Below are positions 29,754 to 39,803 of a stretch of DNA of 64,000 nt, piece after piece. The position numbers were made by a program, and so were the translations under genes. Each line of letters opens with the position of its first letter. The stretch's first letter is position 1. The DNA lies in assembly GCA_963815455.1 (NCBI GenBank), contig CAWFGO010000003.1, positions 1 to 64,000 on the forward strand, in the 5' to 3' direction. The notes below the pieces were generated by a model. It worked only from the letters and a program-made list of their open reading frames with translations, was not told the origin of the DNA and ran no database searches. Origin of the DNA: an uncultured Verrucomicrobiae bacterium (GTDB lineage Bacteria > Verrucomicrobiota > Verrucomicrobiia > Chthoniobacterales > UBA10450).

Positions 29754-32700
29754 GATGGCGATTCGGTTGGCGGATGTTCGCTTTGCGGTTTCGTCTCCGT
29801 TTGTCGTCCGGCGAAGAACCGCTCGATTACATAAAACGTCACGGGAATTAGAAAAATTGCGATGGCCGAGGCGGCAATCATTCCGCCGATGACGGTCGAG
29901 CCGAGGATGCGGCGGGCGACGGCGCCCGAGCCGCTGGCGAACCACAACGGCAGCATCCCGAAGATGAAGGCGAAGGAAGTCATGAGGATCGGACGCAATC
30001 GCAAACGTGCCCCTTCGAGCGTTGCGTCGATGAGCGGTTTGCCCTTTTCGTATTCATCCTTGGCGAATTCCACAATCAGGATGGCGTTCTTCGCGGCCAG
30101 GCCGATGAGCATGATGAGACCGATCTGCGCGTAAATATTGTTTTCCATTCCGCGGAACCAGAGCGTGAGAAACGCGCCGAATACGGCGACCGGTGTGCCT
30201 AACAAGACACTAAACGGCAGCGACCAGCTCTCATAGAGCGCCGCCAGAATCAGGAAAACGAAAATCAGCGACATTCCGAAAACCGCTGTTGGTGAAACAC
30301 CTTGTTGCGCCTTCTTTTCCTGAAAAGAGATGCCCAGATAATCGTAGCCCATTTCCTTAGGCATGGTTTGCCGGAACACTTCTTCAAGCGCGCTCATCGC
30401 CTGGTTCGAGCTATAACCCGGCGCGGCCGAGCCGTTGATTTGAGCGGACCGATACTCGTTGTAGCGCAAGGTGAACTCCGGACCGGCGATATTCTTGATA
30501 CTCGAGATGGCGTCGAGTGGCACGGGATCGCCGTTCGAATTGCGAACGAAGAACTGACCCACATTTTTCGCATCGGTGCGGTAATCGCCTTCCGCTTCGA
30601 TGTAAACCTGCCAGGTGCGACCGAACCGGTTGAAGTAGTTCACAAAAAAGCCGCCCATGAATGTTTGCAGCGTCTGATAAACCTGACCGAGATCGATTCC
30701 CTGCTTGACGACTTTGTCGCGGTCCACGTCCACGAATATCTGAGGGACATTCGGCAAAAACGTCGGAATGAGCGTGCCTAGCTCCGGCCGTTTACGCGCC
30801 GTGTCGAGAAACGTCTTCAGGTTTTGCGCGAGAAAGGCGACGTCTTTGCCGGCGCGATCTTCCAAGAGGAACTGGAATCCGCCGGAGGTCCCTACGCCGG
30901 GGATCGCGGGCGGCGGGAAGGCGAAGGCGAGACCTTCGGTGACGCCGGCGAGCTGTTTGTTAATGTTTGCCTTAATGGCGGTGTATTGTTCTTCCGGCTT
31001 GGTCCGTTCGCTCCAGGGCTTGAACGTGACAAAGAAGAACGCGCTGTAAGTATTCTGCACCAGACTGAGCAAACTGAATCCGACCACGCTGGTGGTGTAC
31101 TTAACGCCCGGAATTTTGCTCAGAATGTCTTCGATCTTGTGCGCAGCCTGGTCGGTCCGTTCGAGTGACGATGCATCGGGTAATTGAAGCGCCAGAAAGA
31201 CGTAGCCCTGATCTTCTTCCGGGAGGAATCCACTCGGCAATCGCGATCCAAACAGTCCCGCACCGACTGCGAGCACGGCGAGCAAGGCGAAGCTGAGCAC
31301 AGCTTTTCGAATCGCGATGCGCGACAAATTTACGTAGCCCTGCGTCCCGCTGCCGAAGACGCGATTGAATCGATCGTAAAACCAGCCGAGTGGGCCGCGC
31401 GTTTTCGTTCGCGGACGCAGCAACAACGATGAAAGCGCGGGACTGAGCGAAAGCGCGTTGAAGGCGGAGAAGATGACCGAGATCGCGATCGTTAGGGCGA
31501 ATTGTTGATACAAACGTCCGGTAATCCCGGGAAGAAATGCCGTTGGAATGAAGACGGCAGAAAGCACAAGGGCGATGCCGATGACCGGCGCGGAAACCTC
31601 GCGCATCGCCTGCAGCGTCGCGTCGCGCGGGGACATTCCTTCCTCGATGTGACGTTCGACCGCTTCGACCACGACGATTGCGTCATCCACCACCAGACCG
31701 ATCGCGAGCACCAGACCGAACAGTGAAAGGGTATTGATCGAAAACCCAAAGAGCGGGAAAAACACAAATACGCCAATGAGCGAGACCGGCACCGCGCAGA
31801 GTGGAATGAGCGTGGCGCGCCAGCCTTGCAAGAAGATGAAGACAACCAAAACGACGAGCGCGAGCGCTTCAAACAACGTCTTCAAGATTTCCTGCATGCC
31901 CTCCGTGACGGAAAGCGTTTGATCAAGCGAGACAGCGTAATCCATGTCCGCCGGGAAACGTTGCTTCGCTTCGGTCATTAACTTACGCACAGCTTGCGCG
32001 GCTTTGACGGCGTTGGTTCCCGGCAACTGATACAAAGCGAGAATGGCCGCAGGTTGCCCGTTCAGCCTGCCTCTTAAGTTGTAAGTCTGCGCGCCGAGAT
32101 CGATCCGCGCGATGTCCTTGACCCTAACGAACGAGCCGTCCAGATTTGCCCGAACGACGATCTCGCCGAATTCCTCCGGCGTTTGCAATCGTCCCTGTGC
32201 TCGCACGGCATAAGTAAATTTCTGCCCGCTCGGAATCGGTTCGCCGCCGATCTGCCCGGCTGGATTTACCGTGTTCTGCTTTTGCACTGCGGTGATGATG
32301 TCGGGCACGGTGATGCCAAGCTTCGCCAGCTGGTCCGGCTTCACCCACAAACGCATCGCGTATTGACCGGCGCCGAAAATCTGGACGTTTCCAATTCCCG
32401 GCAGTCGCGTGAGTTGATCGAACAAATTAATGTAGCCGTAGTTCGCCAGAAAAATGTTGTCGTAGGTCCCTTTGGGCGAATACAGCGAGACCAGCATCAG
32501 CGGCGCCGTCGTCGATTTCTTAACGGTCACGCCGTAGTTGTTCACGTCCGCGGGCAATTGCGACTGGGCTTGGGCGACGCGGAGCTGGGTCAGCACTTGA
32601 TCGATGTTCGGATCGGTCGCGACGTCGAAATCGACAATCAATCGGATGTCGCCACTATTGGCGTTGATCGAATACATGTAATTCATGTTATCGACGCCGC

Positions 32701-32908
32701 TCATCTGCTGCTCGATCGGCGCCGCGACCGATTGCTCAATCGTCAGCGCGTCCGCGCCGGTATAGTGCGTTTGCACTTGAATTTCCGGCGGCGCGATTTG
32801 TGGATACTGCGCAATCGGCAAAGCGAGAATGCAGACGCCGCCAATCAGCACCATCAAAATCGCGATGACAATCGCGACAATTGGCCGCCTAACGAAAAAC
32901 TCTGACAT
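29750..32908 (-). CDS. HAE1-type RND efflux permease
   Basis: 1052 aa; FFVRRPI, IGLVVDDAIVVVE, AKNAILIVEFA, RLRPILMTS. Confidence 0.97.
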   Translation of the reverse strand: MSEFFVRRPIVAIVIAILMVLIGGVCILALPIAQYPQIAPPEIQVQTHYTGADALTIEQSVAAPIEQQMSGVDNMNYMYSINANSGDIRLIVDFDVATDPNIDQVLTQLRVAQAQSQLPADVNNYGVTVKKSTTAPLMLVSLYSPKGTYDNIFLANYGYINLFDQLTRLPGIGNVQIFGAGQYAMRLWVKPDQLAKLGITVPDIITAVQKQNTVNPAGQIGGEPIPSGQKFTYAVRAQGRLQTPEEFGEIVVRANLDGSFVRVKDIARIDLGAQTYNLRGRLNGQPAAILALYQLPGTNAVKAAQAVRKLMTEAKQRFPADMDYAVSLDQTLSVTEGMQEILKTLFEALALVVLVVFIFLQGWRATLIPLCAVPVSLIGVFVFFPLFGFSINTLSLFGLVLAIGLVVDDAIVVVEAVERHIEEGMSPRDATLQAMREVSAPVIGIALVLSAVFIPTAFLPGITGRLYQQFALTIAISVIFSAFNALSLSPALSSLLLRPRTKTRGPLGWFYDRFNRVFGSGTQGYVNLSRIAIRKAVLSFALLAVLAVGAGLFGSRLPSGFLPEEDQGYVFLALQLPDASSLERTDQAAHKIEDILSKIPGVKYTTSVVGFSLLSLVQNTYSAFFFVTFKPWSERTKPEEQYTAIKANINKQLAGVTEGLAFAFPPPAIPGVGTSGGFQFLLEDRAGKDVAFLAQNLKTFLDTARKRPELGTLIPTFLPNVPQIFVDVDRDKVVKQGIDLGQVYQTLQTFMGGFFVNYFNRFGRTWQVYIEAEGDYRTDAKNVGQFFVRNSNGDPVPLDAISSIKNIAGPEFTLRYNEYRSAQINGSAAPGYSSNQAMSALEEVFRQTMPKEMGYDYLGISFQEKKAQQGVSPTAVFGMSLIFVFLILAALYESWSLPFSVLLGTPVAVFGAFLTLWFRGMENNIYAQIGLIMLIGLAAKNAILIVEFAKDEYEKGKPLIDATLEGARLRLRPILMTSFAFIFGMLPLWFASGSGAVARRILGSTVIGGMIAASAIAIFLIPVTFYVIERFFAGRQTETKPQSEHPPTESPS

Positions 32909-32912
32909 GCGA

Positions 32913-34094
32913 TCAGGGTTTTTGCGGGCTAACTGACGCGGCCGGAGTAGGGGACGACGCTGGAGGTGTCCACTCTTTCGTTGTCACGGTTGAGCCGTCG
33001 CGAACTTTTTGCAGTCCCTGCACGACGACTTTATCGCCAGGCTTCAAGCCTTCAGTCACTTCCCAAAGCGCACCAACGCGCTCGCCCATCTTCACCGGAT
33101 GAATGCTTATCTTGTTGTTTTGATCGACAACTGTGACCTGATAATTGCCCTGCAATTCTGTCACCGCCTCTTGCGGAACAACGAGCGCGTTCTGCACCGC
33201 GTCCGGGACGAACCGCACCTTCCCAAATTGCCCCGGCCGCAAAGTAGCGTCTGGATTTGGAAAGGTCACGTAGTAGCGGATCGATCCGGTTTTTGGGTCC
33301 AGGTTTCGATCCAGCGCGTAGAACCTTCCTTTTCTCGGATAGACTTTGCCGTCGCCTAGAATCAAGTCGAAGTCGATTCTCTTGAGAAGAGCCTGGCGTT
33401 TCTCCATATCCGGATAGCGCGCAAAGAAATCGGTGAACGCGCCTTCGCCCACCGTCACGATCGCCTTGATCGGATCGATCTGCGACACCGTCGTGAGCGG
33501 AGTTGTTAATGATGGACCGACCAGATCGCCAACCTGACTATTGGCGAACCCGGCCAGCCCATCGATCGGGGAGGTGATCTTGGTGTAGCCAAGATTCAGC
33601 TCGGCAGTTTCCACCGCGGCTTTGTCCGCTTCGACGTTTGCTCTGCTCGAACCGGCCGCTGCCACGGCGGTATCTCGCTCCTGATCGCTGATGACTTTTC
33701 TATTAAACAAATCTAGTGCGCGTTTTTCGTCTGCGTCCGTCTTTGCTTGATTAGCCTGGTCTTTCGCCAAAGTCCCTTTCGCCTGGGCGAGCGCCGCTTC
33801 GAATGGCCGCGGATCGATCTGGAAAAGCAGGTCGCCTTTCTTAACCAGGCTGCCTTCCTGATAATCGCGCGAAATGATGTAGCCCTGGACCTGGGCGTTG
33901 ATGTTCGCGTTGATGAATCCGTCCAGCGTCGCGACGCGTTCCAACACCCGCGGCACGTCTCGCGGTTGAACGGTTGTGACCAGGACTTCCGGCGCAGGCG
34001 GTCCGGCTTGCACCGCTTTGCGCGAGCACGCCGTAAACGGCGCAAAAAGCAGTGCGAAAGCGGCTGCGACGGTAACTATTCGCCGGTTGCCCAT
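32913..34094 (-). CDS. RND periplasmic adaptor subunit
   Basis: Lipoprotein-like FTAC, EGSLVKKGDLLFQIDPRPF, LNLGYTKITSPIDG, LRPGQF. Confidence 0.95.
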   Translation of the reverse strand: MGNRRIVTVAAAFALLFAPFTACSRKAVQAGPPAPEVLVTTVQPRDVPRVLERVATLDGFINANINAQVQGYIISRDYQEGSLVKKGDLLFQIDPRPFEAALAQAKGTLAKDQANQAKTDADEKRALDLFNRKVISDQERDTAVAAAGSSRANVEADKAAVETAELNLGYTKITSPIDGLAGFANSQVGDLVGPSLTTPLTTVSQIDPIKAIVTVGEGAFTDFFARYPDMEKRQALLKRIDFDLILGDGKVYPRKGRFYALDRNLDPKTGSIRYYVTFPNPDATLRPGQFGKVRFVPDAVQNALVVPQEAVTELQGNYQVTVVDQNNKISIHPVKMGERVGALWEVTEGLKPGDKVVVQGLQKVRDGSTVTTKEWTPPASSPTPAASVSPQKP

Positions 34095-34278
34095 GACATT
34101 TCTTAGTCCAATTGAAACCCTGGGTTCAAGAAAATGCCAGCACATCTTCAGCTGCCTGATTGGGAATGACCGGTCAAGTCGCAAAACCCGCGACGGTTGA
34201 CTGATAATTCAGGATATCATTTCTAAATTTACTTCCTGTCCATTCCTGAGAAATATTTTCTTCGTCCACAAAATCAAA

Positions 34279-34746
34279 ATGAACTACGTCATCTTGTTAA
34301 CTCTGGTTATTGGCTTCGCTGCCGGATTGCGCTCACTGACCCCGCCAGCGCTCGTGGCCTGGGCTGCCCACCTGGGCTGGTTGAATCTCAGCAATTCCCC
34401 ACTCGCCTTCATGGGATCGACAATCGCTGTCGTGATCTTTTCGCTTTTGGCGGTGTTTGAGCTCATTAGCGATCTGCGCCCGCAAACGCCGAAACGAACC
34501 GGGCCTGTACCGCTCATCGCGCGTATTATCATGGGCGGTCTTTGCGGGGCCTGCGTTTGCTCAGCAGCAAATCAATCGTTGATCGTCGGTGCGATTCTGG
34601 GCGCGATCGGCGCCGTGATCGGAGCCTTTATCGGTTACGAAATCCGGCGCCGTTTGGTCGCCGCGTTAAATATTAAAGATATTTTTATCGCGCTGTTTGA
34701 GGATTTCGTCACGATCGGAGCCGCGTATTTTGTTGTCATGCGTTGA
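34279..34746 (+). CDS. Membrane protein (DUF4126-like)
   Basis: AGLRSLTPPA, EL..D..P.TP.R, IAL.ED. Confidence 0.75.
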   Translation: MNYVILLTLVIGFAAGLRSLTPPALVAWAAHLGWLNLSNSPLAFMGSTIAVVIFSLLAVFELISDLRPQTPKRTGPVPLIARIIMGGLCGACVCSAANQSLIVGAILGAIGAVIGAFIGYEIRRRLVAALNIKDIFIALFEDFVTIGAAYFVVMR

Positions 34747-34762
34747 CTGAGTTCGAGTTTGC

Positions 34763-34791
34763 TCGTCACTGGTCACTCGCCACTGGTCACT
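34763..34791. repeat. Degenerate 7-bp tandem repeat
   Basis: TCGTCAC TGGTCAC TCGCCAC TGGTCAC just after a stop codon. Confidence 0.6.
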
Positions 34792-34927
34792 TCTTTTTAT
34801 ATCACCATCAGCCTTCGCGTATCTCGCAGTTACACACTAACTCGGCTGCCGACGAACTCGTTAGGACCATCGCTTTCAAATGCCGGTCCACGCTGGAGCA
34901 GCTCGCACCTCGGAATCGATGCGCCTT

Positions 34928-35425
34928 CTACGCTCGGGTTGGCGGCACGAGCAGCATCCGAAGGAACTGCATCACCGCCGCGAACAGGTGGACGGAGATC
35001 GCGGCGAAGAACGGCCAGAAAAGGTTCCAGACTGCGAAGTTGACGACCTGCAGCGCAGCCGCTGCCGTGGCCATGGCTCCGATACCGTAGAAAAGAAATC
35101 GGTTGATCATCCGCAGTTCATTTACGGGAAGAGGCTGCGACGGATTCCGCAGCGAAACAAAAACGAACACTTGGCACACGAAAGCGAAACCGCTACACCA
35201 GCGCCAGATGGAGGCCGGCACTGGGTCGACACTCAGGAGCACCATCCCGAAGACCGAAAAGACGAGCGGCGCGACGGAGTTCGTCAGCAACAAGGTCAGG
35301 CGCAAGCGATCAAGCACCGACCACTCGTGGACTGATTGCGGACGGAACACGACCACGATCCCGGCAAATCCTGCCAGGGTAACCGCGACCTGCGCCGCCA
35401 CTCCCAGAGCTTCACTCGGTTGCAT
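34928..35425 (-). CDS. Hypothetical membrane protein
   Basis: AQVAVTLAGFAGIVVVFR; about five TM segments. Confidence 0.78.
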   Translation of the reverse strand: MQPSEALGVAAQVAVTLAGFAGIVVVFRPQSVHEWSVLDRLRLTLLLTNSVAPLVFSVFGMVLLSVDPVPASIWRWCSGFAFVCQVFVFVSLRNPSQPLPVNELRMINRFLFYGIGAMATAAAALQVVNFAVWNLFWPFFAAISVHLFAAVMQFLRMLLVPPTRA

Positions 35426-35629
35426 TCCACCCCGATTAAGCTGCAACGCGGCCAATTGATCAATCCTAAGAAAGGAGGCGTTTGGTGTAGAGGCGGCTGT
35501 GTCAGCCGCAAAGGTTCGGTGTTCGATGTTTCACCGCGTGAGGCGCAGCCTTTACGCGGTTCGACGTCTCCGTGATTTCTCCTGCACGCCTCAACCGCCC
35601 CTTTACGCTCTCCACCTTCTTCGAGTCAA

Positions 35630-35980
35630 TCAGCCGTGCAATTCGAACCAAGCAGGATTCAGATGGGCCAGCGGCTCTTTCAGCTTTTTGAGCTGCGCGG
35701 CCGGTCCGTGGACTTCAAGGCGAATCAGGTTGGCCATGGTTAACGCCTGTGCCAGCATCGCGCCCACGTTCTCCAGGTGCGCCAGCAGTGCTTCGGCATT
35801 GACATAGCCTTCACGGCAAAACACTTCGTCGCCGCTGATGCTGAACTCGTAGAAAAGGTTGCCCGCTTCGGTCCGCGTCTTCGCAGCGAATTCAGGCAAT
35901 ATCGCCTTCAAAAGCGGCAGTTTGTCCGGAGGCACCTTGAAGTAGGGATGAAGACTGACGAATCCCGAAAGCCGATTCAT
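35630..35980 (-). CDS. ABM/quinol monooxygenase-like small protein
   Basis: TRTEAGNLFY.F...REGY..AEALLAHL. Confidence 0.75.
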   Translation of the reverse strand: MNRLSGFVSLHPYFKVPPDKLPLLKAILPEFAAKTRTEAGNLFYEFSISGDEVFCREGYVNAEALLAHLENVGAMLAQALTMANLIRLEVHGPAAQLKKLKEPLAHLNPAWFELHG

Positions 35981-36103
35981 GCCCCAATCATAGCCTCGGC
36001 GTCCTCCGGAGTCGAGGCTAGTGGGCCCTAGACTGACCCCGCTCCGTCCGCTCTAACGAGATTGCGATTTTTGGTTATGCAATGGCGGACAAGCCCTTCT
36101 CGA

Positions 36104-36360
36104 TCACTGACGCTTCTTTAGAGCCTTCTCGATTCGAGGATCGGGAATCAACCACAAGAGCGCGCCAAACACATAAAGTGCGCTGGCGATCCACGAGTTT
36201 ACAAACGCGAGCGGGATCGCGGCGAGGTAGAGCGCGAGAGAGAATGTGCCTTTCCACTCCTTGCCAATTGTCAACGCGAGAAGCGATTCGCGGCCTTGTT
36301 TGGCGATGATGGCGCGCTCGAGAATATAGTACGCAATCGCCGCCATCGACAATACGAAGC
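36104..36360 (-). pseudogene. 3' fragment of a TMEM175/DUF1211-like membrane protein
   Basis: FVLSMAAIAYYILER.II...KG..SL.LY..AIPLAF...WLIPDPRIE; no 5' half. Confidence 0.72.
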
Positions 36361-36812
36361 TTCGGTAACGAGCGAGCCGCCCCCAGTGACTTTAACGCTG
36401 CCAAGACCCTGAGTAAGCAATCGATCCGGATCAACAGCGAGCGTCGGGAATGGAATGAATGCGCGATCGTAACCGGCAGCCGCCGATGCGACCAAATATG
36501 GATAGTAGGCGCTCTCGCTCAATCCAACCGCCGCCGCCGCTTGCCGCGCATGTTCCCACGCGACACGAGTTTCGGGATTGTTTCGTTGCGCGATGTCGAT
36601 CGATTCGGCAAGGCCGTAAATTTTTCTGGGATTGATCGACACCCGCGAAGCGCCTTCAGCGTTATCAAAACGGTGGCTGGCGAGCTCACTTTCGTAATTC
36701 GGAAGATTCGGCGGTGCCAAGTCCGATCAGCGCTCGGCGGAGGATCATTCCGCGCGTTCGCAACGGCGAATGCCAGAAACAACAAAGGCACGCTTAAGTA
36801 GCGGGGATTCAT
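36360..36812 (-). pseudogene. 5' fragment of a second TolC-family gene
   Basis: Close match to 26719-27186 (ARNDPPPS...KVTGGGSLVTEA), then switches to the TMEM175-like fragment; frameshift near 36720. Confidence 0.85.
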
Positions 36813-37033
36813 TCTCCACCTCTTTAAATTCCTCTAAGGGTTCTATCAGCTTGCACTAACCAAGCCCAGCTAAAGCTACAAGGTGCCTGGTATTCTTGCT
36901 TCTTTCTCAAGTTTTTGGAGCCGCCGGTTTCAGAAAATCTTAGATTTCTTTCCTGAACCGCGGATGCGGAGAGCGCCCTCGGTTCAGAAATCGGTTCGCT
37001 TGATGGGACACTGGTCGCGCTTTCTTGGAGGTG

Positions 37034-37297
37034 TCAGTTGATCCAAAGACCGACCAGTTCAATGGCGAGGCGACCTGTGAGAAACAGCCACGGAATGGCA
37101 ATGACGACGACCTGCAAGTAGCGAGTGGCGTCCCTGTCACCGTCGACCTGCGGGTCTCGACCGAACAGTCGACGCCAGTGCCGAACGATGTACGCACCGG
37201 CGAGCAGATTGATGATAAGAAAGAATGCTCCGGCAATTGTAAGTGCTGGACGAGCGGCGGGATCAATGAGTGCAATTATAATTTGTGCTTTGTTCAT
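37034..37297 (-). CDS. Small two-TM membrane protein, copy 2
   Basis: Paralog of 27475-27732 in the same position between LysR and TolC. Confidence 0.78.
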   Translation of the reverse strand: MNKAQIIIALIDPAARPALTIAGAFFLIINLLAGAYIVRHWRRLFGRDPQVDGDRDATRYLQVVVIAIPWLFLTGRLAIELVGLWIN

Positions 37298-37384
37298 GCA
37301 AATACCATCCGCTGTGAAGCACGTGTTTGTGAAAGACAATGTTTCTTGCCTCAGCATAACTAGCAGACATACTGCTTCTCAGCC

Positions 37385-38281
37385 GTGGAACTGAGGCACC
37401 TGCGCTACTTTGTTGCCGTGGCGGAGATGGAAAACGTCTCGCGCGCGGCGCTCAAGCTGCATGTCTCGCAGCCGGCGTTAAGCCGGCAAATCCGCGATCT
37501 CGAAGACGAAATTGGATTTTGCCTGCTCGAACGCACGGCCAAGTCGGTTCGGTTGACCGATGCGGGCCGCGCGTTTCTCGACAATGCGCGCGCGTTGTTG
37601 CAAAACGCGGACGAAGCCGTCAGCAAGGCGCGCGCGGTTGCAAGCGCAGAACCTACCGAACTCCAGGTCGGCTATTCACAGACGCCAACCGCCGAAATTC
37701 TGCCCAACACCTTACGCGCATTTCAGAGAAAAATGCCAAACGTGCACGTGAGAACGCATGATTGGACCAACAAAGATATTCTTGATGGGATACGCGGTGG
37801 CCGGCTTCAACTTGGATTGATCGTCCCTCCTGCGAAGACTAGTGCGCTGCACGACCTGCGATATGAGGAGTTGCTCCAAGAACGCGTTTGCGTAGCCGTG
37901 GCCTCGCAGCATCCGTTTGCCCGACGCCGCACCGTTCCGATTATGGAGGTTGCCGCCGAACCGTTGATTGGCCTCACCCGCGAAGATTATACGAGTTACT
38001 ACGACTATCTCTCGATCATCTTTTCGAAGGTGAAACAGAAACCGCGGGTGGTGGAGGAGCACGACAGTTTTTCCGGCGTTATGTCAGCCGTCGAAGCAGG
38101 GACCGGTGTCGCCATTTGTTCAGATGTTTTTTGTCGGAGTTTCGGAAACCGGGTAAAACTTTTGCACCTCACTCCTGAGCCGAAACCATTCTCGGTCGGC
38201 ATCGTCGGGCGAAAAGGCCGGCTCAGCCCAGCCGCGGAAAAATTCTGGCAGTGCGCCAAAGAAGCTGCGTCAGGAAAATAA
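37385..38281 (+). CDS. LysR family regulator, copy 2
   Basis: First 79 aa identical to copy 1; divergent effector domain. Confidence 0.96.
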   Translation: MELRHLRYFVAVAEMENVSRAALKLHVSQPALSRQIRDLEDEIGFCLLERTAKSVRLTDAGRAFLDNARALLQNADEAVSKARAVASAEPTELQVGYSQTPTAEILPNTLRAFQRKMPNVHVRTHDWTNKDILDGIRGGRLQLGLIVPPAKTSALHDLRYEELLQERVCVAVASQHPFARRRTVPIMEVAAEPLIGLTREDYTSYYDYLSIIFSKVKQKPRVVEEHDSFSGVMSAVEAGTGVAICSDVFCRSFGNRVKLLHLTPEPKPFSVGIVGRKGRLSPAAEKFWQCAKEAASGK

Positions 38282-38291
38282 TCGCGATGGC

Positions 38292-38504
38292 CTAACGAAT
38301 CATTTTGTAAGACAAAAACTGCGGCCGGGAAATTTGGTCGGCCGACAACAAGCCGGTGGCCACTAGGTAGAGCATGGGACGAAAGAGATGGTAGTTGCGC
38401 TTGTCGATCAGCGTCACGCTGACGGGAGCGCCGACTAACCCGCGTGCTGCGCAAAGTCCGCCAAAACCGCCGCCGATGATCACCACGCGAGGCGGATTAT
38501 TCAC
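38292..38504 (-). pseudogene. 5' fragment of NDH-2-like NAD(P)/FAD oxidoreductase
   Basis: RVVIIGGGFGGL.AA...VTLIDKRNYHLF.P.LY.VATG.LS, then stops after about 60 homologous codons. Confidence 0.85.
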
Positions 38505-38516
38505 TCAAGGGCTATC

Positions 38517-38972
38517 TCATTTGTGGTCGTGGATCGGCGTTAACAGTGGTTCTTTCGTGTCCGTATCCACCACCATCACGGCCAGCATCTTGGCAGGTTC
38601 GGTCTTGCTCGCATTCTCATCAACAGTGTGTCGGTCACCAGGCATCTCGGAGAAGTTCTGTCCGGCTTTATAAACAACGGCCGGCCCATCATTGACCGAG
38701 GTTCGGACCGCTCCTTCGAGAACGGTTGCATAGGTGAAAGCAGATTTGGGATGGATGTGGGCCCCCGTCGCAACGCCGGGACCATATTCGACCAGGATAC
38801 CCTTCATACTTTTGCCGGGCACATTCGGCAGCGCGTGGTCGAAGACGATCGTAACCTTTGGACCTTCGTCATCGGCAATCCCCGAGCGCACGCCAACTGT
38901 GGCCACCAATGCGCAAACAATAAGTGTCAGGCGCAACAGCCCGACTGATTCTGAAGTTCGGATTCGTTTCAT
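38517..38972 (-). CDS. Secreted cupin domain protein
   Basis: Signal peptide; HIHP...VLEG...F.E.PGDRH..DENAS.TEPAK.LA. Confidence 0.88.
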   Translation of the reverse strand: MKRIRTSESVGLLRLTLIVCALVATVGVRSGIADDEGPKVTIVFDHALPNVPGKSMKGILVEYGPGVATGAHIHPKSAFTYATVLEGAVRTSVNDGPAVVYKAGQNFSEMPGDRHTVDENASKTEPAKMLAVMVVDTDTKEPLLTPIHDHK

Positions 38973-39026
38973 TGTGATGTTCTTCCTCGTTTTGGTTGGG
39001 TTGACTCTAACTTGTTAGGGAAGCGG

Positions 39027-39787
39027 TCACTTCTGCTGAGCCGTGCGGCTAAGCCAGTCCGCGAAATGGCAGGAACCGAGCAGCGATTTCCCGGCCGGCA
39101 CGAGGCTGCCCTTCTCGAGCGTCGTTCCGAAGTAGAGCGCCTGGTCGTCCCTAACGACCGTGCGGGGATCATGCTTTGCCTCGAGATATTGGCGGACCAG
39201 CTCGTCGAACGGGAGCGCGTCAGGTCCAGCGATTTCAAGCGTTCCATTCAGCGGCCTGGCCACGGCGATCTTGGCCACGTTAGCGGCGAGATCGTCCGAA
39301 AAGATCGGCTGGAACAAGGCCGATGGCAGGCGAACCCGACGCGGTCGGGGGTGGTCGCCCCATCAGCGATGCGCCCAACGAACTCAAAGAACTGCGTCGA
39401 ACGGAGAATCGTGTAAGGAATCGGCGAGGCCTTGATCAGTTTTTCCTGGGCCACTTTCGCGCGCATGTATCCGCTTGCGGGAAGCTGATCAGTACCGACG
39501 ATCGAGACCGCGACGTGATGCCCCACGCCGGTCTTCGCCTCGGCGGCAAGCACGTTGCGGGTGGAGGTTTCGAAGAATTCGAGAACGGCCTTGTCTTCGA
39601 ATGAAGGAGAGTTCGTAAGGTCCACGACCGATTGCGCGCCGGTTAGAGCTTCAGTTAGACCTTCGCCGGTAATGGAGTTGATGCCTTGCGAAGGAGATGC
39701 GGCAACGACTTCGTGGCCGTCGGCGCGAAGGAGGTTTACCACTTTGCTTCCGATGAGGCCGCTGCCTCCAAGAATAATGATTTTCAT
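39027..39787 (-). CDS. NmrA/atypical SDR oxidoreductase, frameshift near 39335
   Basis: GGSGLIGSK, GYMRAK, RSTQFFEF; C-terminus in ORF 39027-39317. Confidence 0.88.
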
Positions 39788-39803
39788 AATCGTGTTTTTG
39801 GTT

